A stretch of 64,000 bases of DNA from Bacteroidota bacterium (GTDB lineage: Bacteria > Bacteroidota > Bacteroidia > Cytophagales > Spirosomataceae): contig JBEEOB010000010.1 in assembly GCA_041191865.1 (NCBI GenBank), positions 2,306-66,305 of the forward strand. The letters run 5' to 3'. Positions 8,651 to 17,903 of this stretch are shown here, one piece after another. A program made the translations under genes and the position numbers. The notes below the pieces were generated by a model. That model saw only the letters and a list, made by a program, of their open reading frames with translations, had not been told where the DNA came from and did no database searches. Each line of letters opens with the position of its first letter. Position 1 is the stretch's first letter.

Positions 8651-10746
8651 TTTACCTTCGCAATTTTATGTGAACCACTTGAAATCCAATCCGACAAAAT
8701 TTGTTGGGTTTCTTTCAAATAGGCATCTTTTGCATGCTTATCAGCCGCTTTTTCTTTTTTGTCTTTGTCGGCAGGCGTTTCATCCGTCGCACCTAAAGCA
8801 TCCATGACAGCTTGAGACTCATCCGGCTTTTTCTTTTGCTCGTCCAATTCTTTTTTACGTTTTTCCATATTCAAGGAAATTGAATTTTGCTCCTTGATCT
8901 TTTTCCAACGCTCAAAATCCTGCTTCAACTTAATCAAATCAGGTTTTGTCTTCAAACGTGTTTGGAAAGCGGCTTGCAATTGGACTAATGCTTGCGCAAC
9001 AATATTGTTAGTAGGCGTATAGGCTGTCGTAGGAATCATATCCCAAGGCAAAGCAGAAGGTTGAGAGCTTTCACCAAACTCTTCAGCAGAAAAGGCTGAA
9101 GGCAGGGCAAAATCAGGACTCACACCTTTGTGCTGTGTCGACGAACCATTCACACGGTAGAATTTCTCCAAGGTAATTTTCAATTGGCCTACGGGATCCT
9201 TTTCGTTCGCCATGTAATTATCCAGGTCAATCACCGACTGCACAGTTCCCTTCCCATACGATTGCTCTCCTACAATAATACCACGTTTGTAATCTTGAAT
9301 CGCTGCAGCAAAAATTTCCGACGCCGAGGCAGAGAAACGGTTAATCATAATCGCCATAGGACCATCATATACCTGTGCTGGATCGCGATCAATTTCTTGG
9401 GATATCTTCCCGTCCGATTGCTTGCGCTGTACGACAGGTCCTTTCGGTATAAACAAACCTGTTAATTCAACCGCTTCGATCAAAGATCCTCCACCATTGT
9501 TTCGCAAATCAATCACGAGACCATCAATACCTTCTTGCTTGAATTCATTCAAGAATTTACGAACATCAGCTGAAGTTGACTTAAAATCAGCCTCCCGTTT
9601 ACGAGCGCCTTCAAAATCACGGTAGAACATCGGAATCGTAATCAATCCCAATTTATACGTTGAAGCTCCTTGCTTGAAATTCAAAATTTCTTTTTTAGCC
9701 GTTTGTTCTTCAAGTTTGATTTTTTCACGCACGATGCGAACTTCCGTAGTTGGAGAACCCGTCACACCCGAGCCAGGCAAAATCTTCAATCGAACAACCG
9801 TTCCTTTCGGACCACGGATTAATTTGACGGCATCATCCGTAAACCAACCAATTACATCCACAAAAGCACCCTCATCCCCTTGGGCTACACCGACGATGCG
9901 ATCTTTGGGATTAATTTGCTTGGAACGGAAAGCAGGCCCACCAGGAACTAAATCTTGAATCGTCACATAATCCCCTTCTAAACGAAGCGTCGCACCGATA
10001 CCCTCAAAACTTTGGGCCATATCTTTGTTAAACTCCTGAGCAGCTTTGGGAATCATATAGGAAGTATGCGGATCAATGCTTTCTGTATATGCATTCATAA
10101 ATACCTGAAAAACATCTTCAGCACGCGTACGAGCCATGTATTTGGCAGAACGCTTGTAACGATCATTCAATTCGCGAACAGCCGTGGTATCTGCTTTACC
10201 CCCAATTTTCCAATCGAGCAATTGACGTTTTACGTCTTTGCGCCAATAGTCATCCAAGTCAGCGCTTGAATTTGCCCAGGCCGCTTTTTCGCGATCTGGC
10301 TGATAGGTCTCCTCGATCGTAAAATCCATCGGTTGTTTGATGATTTTATCGACATAAGCGAAACGCTCCATCATCCGCTTTTGATACAGATTATAGATCT
10401 GAAACGCAGAGGTTAAATCACCGAGATTCAATTGCTCATCAATCGTGAAACGATATTTCTCAACCTCTTCGATATCCGATGCCAGGAAATAAACCTTATT
10501 AGGGTCCAAATTCTTCAAATAGGCATCAAAAATCTTGGAAGACAAAGAATCGTTCACAGGAACTTTCCGATAATGGTAATTGCTCAAAATGCCAAAAACC
10601 AATCGCTCCACCTTCCGTTGGGTATCGGTCGGTTGCAAATCACCTTGTTGGTAAGTAGCCACCTCCAATTTACCTTGCGTTTTCCCATGCAAGAAAACGA
10701 CAACCAAGAGAGAAAGTGGAATTAAAATCGGAAGTATCCTTTTCAT
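8647..10746 (-). CDS. prc: Carboxy-terminal processing protease (S41, Prc/Tsp)
   Basis: DPHTSY, PDZ GIGA, DLRNNGGGSL, SASASEI, GKGTVQ. Confidence 0.92.
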   Translation of the reverse strand: MKRILPILIPLSLLVVVFLHGKTQGKLEVATYQQGDLQPTDTQRKVERLVFGILSNYHYRKVPVNDSLSSKIFDAYLKNLDPNKVYFLASDIEEVEKYRFTIDEQLNLGDLTSAFQIYNLYQKRMMERFAYVDKIIKQPMDFTIEETYQPDREKAAWANSSADLDDYWRKDVKRQLLDWKIGGKADTTAVRELNDRYKRSAKYMARTRAEDVFQVFMNAYTESIDPHTSYMIPKAAQEFNKDMAQSFEGIGATLRLEGDYVTIQDLVPGGPAFRSKQINPKDRIVGVAQGDEGAFVDVIGWFTDDAVKLIRGPKGTVVRLKILPGSGVTGSPTTEVRIVREKIKLEEQTAKKEILNFKQGASTYKLGLITIPMFYRDFEGARKREADFKSTSADVRKFLNEFKQEGIDGLVIDLRNNGGGSLIEAVELTGLFIPKGPVVQRKQSDGKISQEIDRDPAQVYDGPMAIMINRFSASASEIFAAAIQDYKRGIIVGEQSYGKGTVQSVIDLDNYMANEKDPVGQLKITLEKFYRVNGSSTQHKGVSPDFALPSAFSAEEFGESSQPSALPWDMIPTTAYTPTNNIVAQALVQLQAAFQTRLKTKPDLIKLKQDFERWKKIKEQNSISLNMEKRKKELDEQKKKPDESQAVMDALGATDETPADKDKKEKAADKHAKDAYLKETQQILSDWISSGSHKIAKVK

Positions 10747-10747
10747 A

Positions 10748-11500
10748 TTATTCTTTTTCGATCGCTAATAACTCAACCTCAAACACCAAAGCAGAGTAAG
10801 GTTTGATGGTTTGTCCACCTCCACGAATACCATAGGCTAATTCTTGCGGGATGAATAATTTAAACTTAGAACCTACAGGCATTAATTGAAGTGCTTCAAC
10901 CCAACCTGGGATAACACCTGAAACAGGGAATGAAACCGGTTCACCTCGTTGTACCGATGAGTCAAACACGGTACCATCGATCAATGTTCCATGGTAATGT
11001 GTTTTTACCTTGTCGGAAGCTTTAGGCTTAGGACCATCGCCCATTTTGATTACTTTATATTGCAAGCCTGAGGCTGTCGTAATGACAGAATCCTTCGTTT
11101 TATTTTCAGCTAAGAACTTCTCCCCTGCGATGCGATTGGGCTCATGCTGCTTCGCTTGTTCAGCCATTTGCGCTTGTTGGTTTTTCATCATGAAGTTATT
11201 CATAACGCTTTGACACTCTTGTTCGTTGATTAACAAGGTTCCACCCGAGGTAACAGACGCAAAGCCTTTGGCAACCATCTCAGGATTCAAGGTCACATTT
11301 TGCGACTTGAAATTTTGCGCTACGAGAACACCCACCGCATATGAAACGGAGTCAATCGAAGAATTGAATGGCTTGACAGGAACTTTTGTAACTGAAACCG
11401 TAAGCTTTGGTTTCGTTTTCGGTTTTGATTGGGCGAAAGACCCAAAAGTTAAACATGAAATGCCGGCAAACAGCGCAACACGAATGAATGATAATTGCAT
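10748..11500 (-). CDS. FKBP-type peptidyl-prolyl cis-trans isomerase
   Basis: DSVSYAVG N-domain; HYHGTLIDGTVFDSS, VIPGWVEAL, LVFEVEL. Confidence 0.93.
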   Translation of the reverse strand: MQLSFIRVALFAGISCLTFGSFAQSKPKTKPKLTVSVTKVPVKPFNSSIDSVSYAVGVLVAQNFKSQNVTLNPEMVAKGFASVTSGGTLLINEQECQSVMNNFMMKNQQAQMAEQAKQHEPNRIAGEKFLAENKTKDSVITTASGLQYKVIKMGDGPKPKASDKVKTHYHGTLIDGTVFDSSVQRGEPVSFPVSGVIPGWVEALQLMPVGSKFKLFIPQELAYGIRGGGQTIKPYSALVFEVELLAIEKE

Positions 11501-11675
11501 AGTTATGTTGTTAAATCAAATTAAAGTTTCGAAGATACACGAAAATTGTGGCTCACTCAACAAAATTAACGGCATTTAACAGGGCTAAATTATCTACGAA
11601 TTCTTGAATCTAAAAAAAGTCTTATGATTAGGCTCATTTTTTAATGAAGTTATGGGAATATTGAAATTTCCTAGC

Positions 11676-11683
11676 TAATTTTG
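11676..11683 (+). promoter_or_regulatory. Bacteroidota primary sigma -7 element upstream of atpA
   Basis: TAATTTTG matches TAnnTTTG about 50 nt upstream of the ATG. Confidence 0.55.
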
Positions 11684-11731
11684 CACCCGAAATTATATAG
11701 TAAAAAATTAAACTCTTCATAAAACTTTAGT

Positions 11732-13312
11732 ATGGCATCAGTAAGACCAGATGAGGTTTCGGCAATTTTGAGAGAACAATTATCTCAAGCGAAAACTCAA
11801 GCAGAATTAGAAGAAATAGGCACTGTACTCCAAGTGGGTGATGGTGTGGCTCGTATTTACGGACTTTCGAACGTACAAGCAGGTGAATTGATCGTTTTTG
11901 AAAACGGTTTGAAAGCCTTAGCCTTGAACTTAGAGGAGGACAACGTAGGAGCTGTACTTTTAGGTGACTCAAGCCAAATCAAAGAAGGCGATACCGTTAA
12001 GCGTACCAATTTAATTGCCTCTGTAAAGGTTGGTGATGGTATCTTAGGACGTGTTGTAAACACATTAGGTGAACCTATCGATGGCAATGGCCCTATCGCT
12101 GGTACTTTATACGAAATGCCTTTGGAGCGTAAAGCACCAGGAGTTATTTTCCGTCAACCGGTAACAGAACCTTTACAATCAGGTATCAAAGCAATTGATG
12201 CGATGATTCCAGTAGGTCGTGGCCAACGTGAGTTGGTGATCGGTGACCGTCAAACAGGTAAAACAGCTGTTTGTATCGATACAATCATTAATCAAAAAGA
12301 ATTCTACGATAAAGGAGAGCCAGTATTCTGTATTTATGTAGCGATTGGTCAAAAAGCTTCAACTGTGAAGCAAGTTGAGCAAACTTTACGTAAAGCAGGT
12401 GCGATGGAATACACAGTAATCGTTTCGGCGACAGCTGCAGATCCTGCTCCTATGCAATTCTACGCGCCATTTACCGGTGCGGCGATTGGCGAATTCTTCC
12501 GTGATACAGGTCGTCCAGCATTAGTAGTTTATGATGACTTATCAAAACAAGCGGTAGCATACCGTGAAGTTTCTTTATTGTTACGTCGTCCACCAGGACG
12601 TGAGGCGTATCCAGGTGACGTTTTCTACCTACACTCTCGTTTATTGGAGCGTGCGGCGAAAATCAATAACTCGGATGAAATCGCGCGTAACATGAATGAC
12701 TTACCCGAGTCAATCAAAGGTATCGTGAAAGGTGGTGGTAGCTTAACAGCCCTTCCAATCATTGAAACACAAGCGGGTGACGTATCTGCTTACATCCCTA
12801 CCAACGTAATTTCGATTACCGATGGTCAAATCTTCTTGGAAACGAACTTGTTTAACGCAGGTATTCGTCCAGCGATTAACGTAGGTATCTCAGTATCTCG
12901 TGTAGGTGGTAATGCACAGATCAAGTCGATGAAGAAAGTAGCAGGTACATTGAAATTAGATCAAGCACAATTCCGTGAGTTAGAAGCTTTCGCGAAGTTT
13001 GGTTCTGATTTAGATGCATCGACGAAATTAACAATCGATCGTGGTCGTCGTAACTTAGAGATGTTGAAGCAACCACAATTCGCACCACAACCGGTGGAGG
13101 AGCAAGTTGCGATGATTTATTTAGCAACTACAGGTAATTTAGATAATGTACCTGTGGAAAAAGTTCGTGAATTCGAACAAGATTTCATTCAAGTATTACG
13201 TGCGACAGAAAATGCAACTTTAGTAGCATTAGGTCAAGGGAAATACGATGATACCTTAACGTCGACATTGAAGCGTGTGGGTAATGAAGTAGCAGCTAAG
13301 TACAAAGCATAA
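11732..13312 (+). CDS. atpA: F0F1 ATP synthase subunit alpha
   Basis: [33 protein letters not shown]. Confidence 0.98.
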   Translation: MASVRPDEVSAILREQLSQAKTQAELEEIGTVLQVGDGVARIYGLSNVQAGELIVFENGLKALALNLEEDNVGAVLLGDSSQIKEGDTVKRTNLIASVKVGDGILGRVVNTLGEPIDGNGPIAGTLYEMPLERKAPGVIFRQPVTEPLQSGIKAIDAMIPVGRGQRELVIGDRQTGKTAVCIDTIINQKEFYDKGEPVFCIYVAIGQKASTVKQVEQTLRKAGAMEYTVIVSATAADPAPMQFYAPFTGAAIGEFFRDTGRPALVVYDDLSKQAVAYREVSLLLRRPPGREAYPGDVFYLHSRLLERAAKINNSDEIARNMNDLPESIKGIVKGGGSLTALPIIETQAGDVSAYIPTNVISITDGQIFLETNLFNAGIRPAINVGISVSRVGGNAQIKSMKKVAGTLKLDQAQFRELEAFAKFGSDLDASTKLTIDRGRRNLEMLKQPQFAPQPVEEQVAMIYLATTGNLDNVPVEKVREFEQDFIQVLRATENATLVALGQGKYDDTLTSTLKRVGNEVAAKYKA

Positions 13313-13324
13313 AATTAGAATACT

Positions 13325-14203
13325 ATGGCTTCCCTAAAAGAAGTAAGAAATAGAATTGTATCCGTTAACTCGACGCAACAAATCACCAAGGCCATGAAAA
13401 TGGTTTCGGCAGCGAAGTTGCGTCGTGCACAGGATGCCATCCACCAAATGCGCCCATATGCTAAGAAATTAGCGGAAATGATTGCAACGGTTTCAGCTCA
13501 AACAGAAGCCGGCGCAGAAAATCCTTTCACAGAGGTTCGTGAAATCAAGCGTGCATTAATCATTGTCGTAACATCGGATCGTGGCCTTTGCGGTGCATTT
13601 AATGCGAACGTAGGAAAAGCGACGATGGCTTTAGTTCAAGAGAAATATGCCGACTTGCATGCAGCAGGCCAAGTGGAGATTTTATCATTAGGCAAAAAAG
13701 GTGCAGAATACCTTTCTCGTCGGGGCTACAACGTAAATGAAGCACATACGGATATTTTCACACGTTTGAACTTCAATAACGTGCGTGAAATCGGTGATGC
13801 AGTATTAACATCATTCACGGAGAAAAAATTTGATGTTGTCGAAGTAATCTTCAACTACTCAAAGAACGTGGCAACACAGATCATTCAAACAGAACAATTG
13901 CTTCCTTTGGTAGCAGCTGAATCTGGCGAAAAGGCAAGTGCTGTTGATTACATCTTTGAGCCATCAGAAGAGAAAATTATTTCTGAATTAATTCCCAAGT
14001 CAATCAAGTTATCTATTTTCCGCGCTTTGTTAGAATCCAATTCTTCTGAACATGGAGCTCGTATGACGGCGATGGATAAAGCAACAGATAACGCTGGCGA
14101 ATTAATTAAGGCATTGAAATTAGAGTATAACCGTTCACGCCAAGCAGCCATTACGAAGGAAATCCTTGAGATCGTCGGTGGAGCAGAAGCATTATCCGCT
14201 TAA
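13325..14203 (+). CDS. atpG: F0F1 ATP synthase subunit gamma
   Basis: QITKAMKMVSAAK, SDRGLCG, RQAAITKEILEIV. Confidence 0.98.
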   Translation: MASLKEVRNRIVSVNSTQQITKAMKMVSAAKLRRAQDAIHQMRPYAKKLAEMIATVSAQTEAGAENPFTEVREIKRALIIVVTSDRGLCGAFNANVGKATMALVQEKYADLHAAGQVEILSLGKKGAEYLSRRGYNVNEAHTDIFTRLNFNNVREIGDAVLTSFTEKKFDVVEVIFNYSKNVATQIIQTEQLLPLVAAESGEKASAVDYIFEPSEEKIISELIPKSIKLSIFRALLESNSSEHGARMTAMDKATDNAGELIKALKLEYNRSRQAAITKEILEIVGGAEALSA

Positions 14204-14208
14204 GCAAG

Positions 14209-15030
14209 ATGAAAAAAGTATTGTTAATGGTTTTATGGGTTCTTTCCACAGGTGCTTTCGCCCAAGGCATAAAAACGCCTGCGCCTAGTCCTGGACAAAG
14301 CATCAAGCAAGACTTCTCTTTATCAGCCGTGGAAGTCAAATATTCACGTCCTGTTATCAAAGGCCGTAAGATATTTGGTGATGTGGTTCCTTTTGGAAAA
14401 TTATGGCGCACAGGTGCTAATTCACCTACCAGTATTACTTTTGGCGAAGATGTAAAAATCGCTGGCCAAGCATTAAAGGCTGGAACATACCAATTGTTAA
14501 CAATACCTTCTCAATTTTCTTGGGAAATCATCTTTAATAAAGGCACCAATGGTGTCTTTAATTACAATTCTTCGGAGGATGTATTGAAGGTGAAGTTGGC
14601 AACAACAACCTTAGCTCAATCTGTTGAGTCCTTTTCCATTCAATTTGCGAATGTAATGGCCAACAAAATGGATTTGGTGATCTCCTGGGAGAAGGTAGCG
14701 GTTTCGGTACCTATTGAAACAGAGATTGATTCTAAAATCGCAGCTTCGATTGAAAAAGCGATGGCAGCAGATACACGTCCTTATTTCGAATCGGCTTCAT
14801 ACTACTATGAGACGGGCCGTGATTTAAAGAAAGCCTTGGAATGGGTAGGAAAAGCAGTTGCAGCTAATCCTTCAGCCTACTGGGTTTTGCACTTACAAGC
14901 CAAAATACAAGCGAAGTTGGGCGATAAAGCAGCAGCGAAAGCAAGTGCTGAGAAATCGATCGCATTAGCAAAAGAAGGCAAAAACGATGATTATGTAACT
15001 TTGAACATGAAATTGATTCAAAGTTTATAA
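14209..15030 (+). CDS. DUF2911 domain protein with C-terminal TPR
   Basis: PAPSP, YSRPVIKGRKIFG, WRTGAN; signal peptide. Confidence 0.88.
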   Translation: MKKVLLMVLWVLSTGAFAQGIKTPAPSPGQSIKQDFSLSAVEVKYSRPVIKGRKIFGDVVPFGKLWRTGANSPTSITFGEDVKIAGQALKAGTYQLLTIPSQFSWEIIFNKGTNGVFNYNSSEDVLKVKLATTTLAQSVESFSIQFANVMANKMDLVISWEKVAVSVPIETEIDSKIAASIEKAMAADTRPYFESASYYYETGRDLKKALEWVGKAVAANPSAYWVLHLQAKIQAKLGDKAAAKASAEKSIALAKEGKNDDYVTLNMKLIQSL

Positions 15031-15049
15031 ATTGAACTTTATTCGCATG

Positions 15050-15080
15050 AAAAGCCTTTCTTAACAGGAAGGCTTTTTTT
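15050..15080 (+). terminator. Rho-independent terminator
   Basis: AAAAGCCTTTC-TTAACA-GGAAGGCTTTT followed by T-run. Confidence 0.75.
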
Positions 15081-15090
15081 AGCATCAGAT

Positions 15091-16368
15091 ATGAGAGAAG
15101 AACTAGGATTTAGTACGGGAGAAGAACAAGAAACAGCGGTACTCGTTGCTGTGACAACGCAAAAACAAAATGCGGTACAAACAGCAGAATATTTGGCTGA
15201 ATTAGCCTTCTTGGCATCTACCTCAGGTGTCGTGACCTTGGCAAGTTTTACACAAAACTTAGCCAAACCCGATAATCGTACTTATGTGGGTAAAGGTAAA
15301 TTAGATGATATCATTGCTTACGTCATTGCCAAAGATGTGGACATCATGATTTTTGATGATGACTTAAGTCCTTCGCAAGTGCGTAACATCGAATTAACGA
15401 TTTCGTTGTTGGGCAAAGAAATCAAAGTCCTGGACCGAAGTTTGTTGATTCTCAACATATTTGCCCAACGGGCACAGACGGTTCAAGCACGAACACAAGT
15501 GGAGCTGGCTCAATACCAATACATGCTACCCCGCTTAACACGTATGTGGTCTCACTTATCCAAACAACGTGGTGGAGTGGGTATGCGTGGTCCAGGGGAA
15601 AAAGAATTGGAAACTGACCGTCGGATTGCGAATGATCGTATTTCATTCTTGAAGGATAAGTTGGCCGCAATTGATAAACAATCATTCACGCAACGCAAGA
15701 ATCGCGACCGCATGGTGCGCGTTTCGTTGGTGGGCTATACCAACGTAGGTAAATCAACGTTGATGACTAAGTTGGCCAAAGCCGATGTTTTTGCAGAGAA
15801 CAAATTATTTGCGACCGTCGACTCTACAGTTCGTAAGGTGGTTTGGGATGGTATTCCTTTTTTATTAACGGATACCGTAGGATTCATTCGCAAACTCCCT
15901 ACCCTATTAATCGAGTCATTTAAGTCGACCTTAGATGAGGTTCGTGAGGCAGATGTGTTATTACACGTTGTGGATATTTCACACCCCAACTTTGAAGAAC
16001 AAATCGAAGTGGTACAAGGCATTTTGAATGAAATGGGAGCTGGGGATAAACCTACGATCCTCGTTTTCAACAAGATTGACTTGTATAATGTAGAAGACGT
16101 ATTTTTTGAAGGTGCGGCGGTCGATGAAGATGGGAATCCGGAATTAACTAAAATGGAACGTGTCACACGTTTCTTGAAGCAATCGCATTGGCAGACAAAT
16201 ACCCCAAAGACCGTATTTATTTCGGCGGAACAACGTTCCAATTTGGCTGAATTACGTGAAATGGTCATGGATATCATTAAAGAAAAACACTTCCAAATAT
16301 TCCCGAACTGGCTGGATACCAACCACTTGATGGGATACAATGATGGGGTGGTACCGGAGGAGAGTTAA
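15091..16368 (+). CDS. hflX: GTPase HflX
   Basis: GPGEKELETDRR, GYTNVGKST, DTVGFI, NKID. Confidence 0.96.
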   Translation: MREELGFSTGEEQETAVLVAVTTQKQNAVQTAEYLAELAFLASTSGVVTLASFTQNLAKPDNRTYVGKGKLDDIIAYVIAKDVDIMIFDDDLSPSQVRNIELTISLLGKEIKVLDRSLLILNIFAQRAQTVQARTQVELAQYQYMLPRLTRMWSHLSKQRGGVGMRGPGEKELETDRRIANDRISFLKDKLAAIDKQSFTQRKNRDRMVRVSLVGYTNVGKSTLMTKLAKADVFAENKLFATVDSTVRKVVWDGIPFLLTDTVGFIRKLPTLLIESFKSTLDEVREADVLLHVVDISHPNFEEQIEVVQGILNEMGAGDKPTILVFNKIDLYNVEDVFFEGAAVDEDGNPELTKMERVTRFLKQSHWQTNTPKTVFISAEQRSNLAELREMVMDIIKEKHFQIFPNWLDTNHLMGYNDGVVPEES

Positions 16369-16423
16369 GAGGTAAGAGTTAAGAGGTAAGAGTTAAGAGT
16401 TAAGAGTTAAGAACTAAGAATTT
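16361..16423 (+). repeat. Heptamer tandem repeat, 9 units, consensus AGAGTTA
   Basis: agagtta agaggta agagtta agaggta agagtta agagtta agagtta agaacta agaattt; overlaps the hflX stop. Confidence 0.9.
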
Positions 16424-16424
16424 T

Positions 16425-16496
16425 GGCGCTGTAGTTCAACGGATAGAATAGGCGTTTCCTAAACGCTAGATCCGGGTTCGATTCCCGGCGGGGCCA
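16425..16496 (+). tRNA. tRNA-Arg (anticodon CCT), CCA not encoded
   Basis: Cloverleaf: GGCGCTG / GTTC-AACGGATA-GAAT / GGCGT-TTCCTAA-ACGCT / CCGGG-TTCGATT-CCCGG / CGGGGCC-A. Confidence 0.92.
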
Positions 16497-16503
16497 CACG
16501 AAG

Positions 16504-16559
16504 ATAGACGTTAGACGTTAGACTTTGGACATTGGACGTTAGACGATAGACATTAGTCC
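16504..16559 (+). repeat. Heptamer tandem repeat, 8 units, consensus TTAGACG
   Basis: atagacg ttagacg ttagact ttggaca ttggacg ttagacg atagaca ttagtcc. Confidence 0.88.
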
Positions 16560-16636
16560 GTTTCATAAGCGCTTGATACGGCCGGGGTCGCGCTCGACTC
16601 GATTCCCAGTGAAACCATATGAATCGATTATATCCT

Positions 16637-16718
16637 GTAGAGACGCGATACTTCGCGTCTATTTAATTTTCAAAAAAACAAGGTTAATAATTTAAGACGC
16701 GAAGTATCGCGTCTCTAC
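16637..16718. repeat. GTAG-family REP doublet (REPIN-like)
   Basis: GTAGAGACGCGATACTTCGCGTCT (16637-16660) and its exact reverse complement (16695-16718) around a 34-nt AT-rich spacer; each unit is itself a hairpin. Confidence 0.88.
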
Positions 16719-16778
16719 CTAAATCCCAAGGGAACAAAAACACCAACATCTCGGTTATACAACCGAAAGACTTACTAT

Positions 16779-17903
16779 TTGAACTACACATACCGCTTAT
16801 TCACATCAACTGCTTCGCTTCCCAACGAATGGGATCAAGTATCCAATCAAAGCCTATTCCTGCAATCCGCCTACTTGCGCGTATTGGAAAATTCCGCTCC
16901 AGCTAATATCAACTGCGAATTTATTGGTATTTATCAGCAACAGGAATTGGTAGCTACAGCGATGTTGCAGCACATTGATTTAGGCCAACTAGCGGGATTT
17001 GGGAGTCGAGATCACGGAATTTTGAGTAGCGTACGAAATTTTTTATTCAAGCGGTTTTCTTCGCGATTGATGATTCTAGGGAATAATATGTTAACTGGCC
17101 AACATGCCATTTCATTTAGTACAAAGGCCGACAAATCAGCCGTTTTAATAACGCTCAAGCACTATTTAGCTACGCTTAGCCCAGCACCACACCATACCAT
17201 TTTCAAAGATTTTGAAAATCAAGATCGGTCGATGTTTCATTTACCAGTTTTTGAAAAAAGCTTGGAATTCAGCTCTCAGCCAAATATGTTTTTCAATCTT
17301 CGATCAGAGTGGAAACAGGAAGCTGACTACGTGCTTGCGCTAACAAAAAAATACCGCGATCAATATAAAAGAGCTAGAAAAAAAGCTGACGGCCTAGAAA
17401 AACGCCAATTATCACTCGAGGAAATTGAGAAATGGTCTGATGAAATATACGATTTGTATAAACACGTGGCTGACCACGCGCCATTTAACACATTTTTTTT
17501 AGCGAAAAACCACTTCCATTTACTTAAAAAGGAATTGGGGGATTCATTCCGTTTCTTTGCCTATTTCGAAAACAATCAATTAATTGGTTTTAATACGCTT
17601 ATTCACCACGACGAAATTCTGGAAACCTATTTTCTAGGGTACGATGAAAAAGTTCAACGTGAAAAAATGCTATACCTCAACATGCTATATGACATGATAG
17701 GATGTGGCATTCATAATGGGTTTAAGCGGATCAACTTTGGCAGAACTGCGCTTGAAATTAAAAGTTCCGTAGGTGCAAAACCTGAACAATTGTATGGATG
17801 GATGCAACATCAAAATAAGTTCATCAACCGATATCTCAGCTTTTTCTTCAAACTCCTGGAGCCAGAGGTCAAATGGATCGAGCGAAGCCCTTTTCGCGAT
17901 TAA
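16779..17903 (+). CDS. GNAT-fold / FemAB-like acyltransferase domain protein
   Basis: YVLALTKKYR, FFAYFENNQLIGF, YFLGYD, LYLNMLYD, FGRTALEIKSSVGA; TTG start. Confidence 0.65.
   Translation: MNYTYRLFTSTASLPNEWDQVSNQSLFLQSAYLRVLENSAPANINCEFIGIYQQQELVATAMLQHIDLGQLAGFGSRDHGILSSVRNFLFKRFSSRLMILGNNMLTGQHAISFSTKADKSAVLITLKHYLATLSPAPHHTIFKDFENQDRSMFHLPVFEKSLEFSSQPNMFFNLRSEWKQEADYVLALTKKYRDQYKRARKKADGLEKRQLSLEEIEKWSDEIYDLYKHVADHAPFNTFFLAKNHFHLLKKELGDSFRFFAYFENNQLIGFNTLIHHDEILETYFLGYDEKVQREKMLYLNMLYDMIGCGIHNGFKRINFGRTALEIKSSVGAKPEQLYGWMQHQNKFINRYLSFFFKLLEPEVKWIERSPFRD

Noticed and set aside
15735-16340. 201-aa antisense ORF within hflX (and similar ones at 6578-7033, 35997-36506, 41790-42302, 47355-48011)
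   Set aside because: They overlap well-supported genes on the opposite strand and show no recognisable motifs
16560-16617. Second functional tRNA
   Set aside because: Only about 58 nt with no proper D or anticodon arms; reported as a relic instead
16361-16718. CRISPR array
   Set aside because: Repeats are 7-mers without spacers or inverted REP pairs; no cas genes
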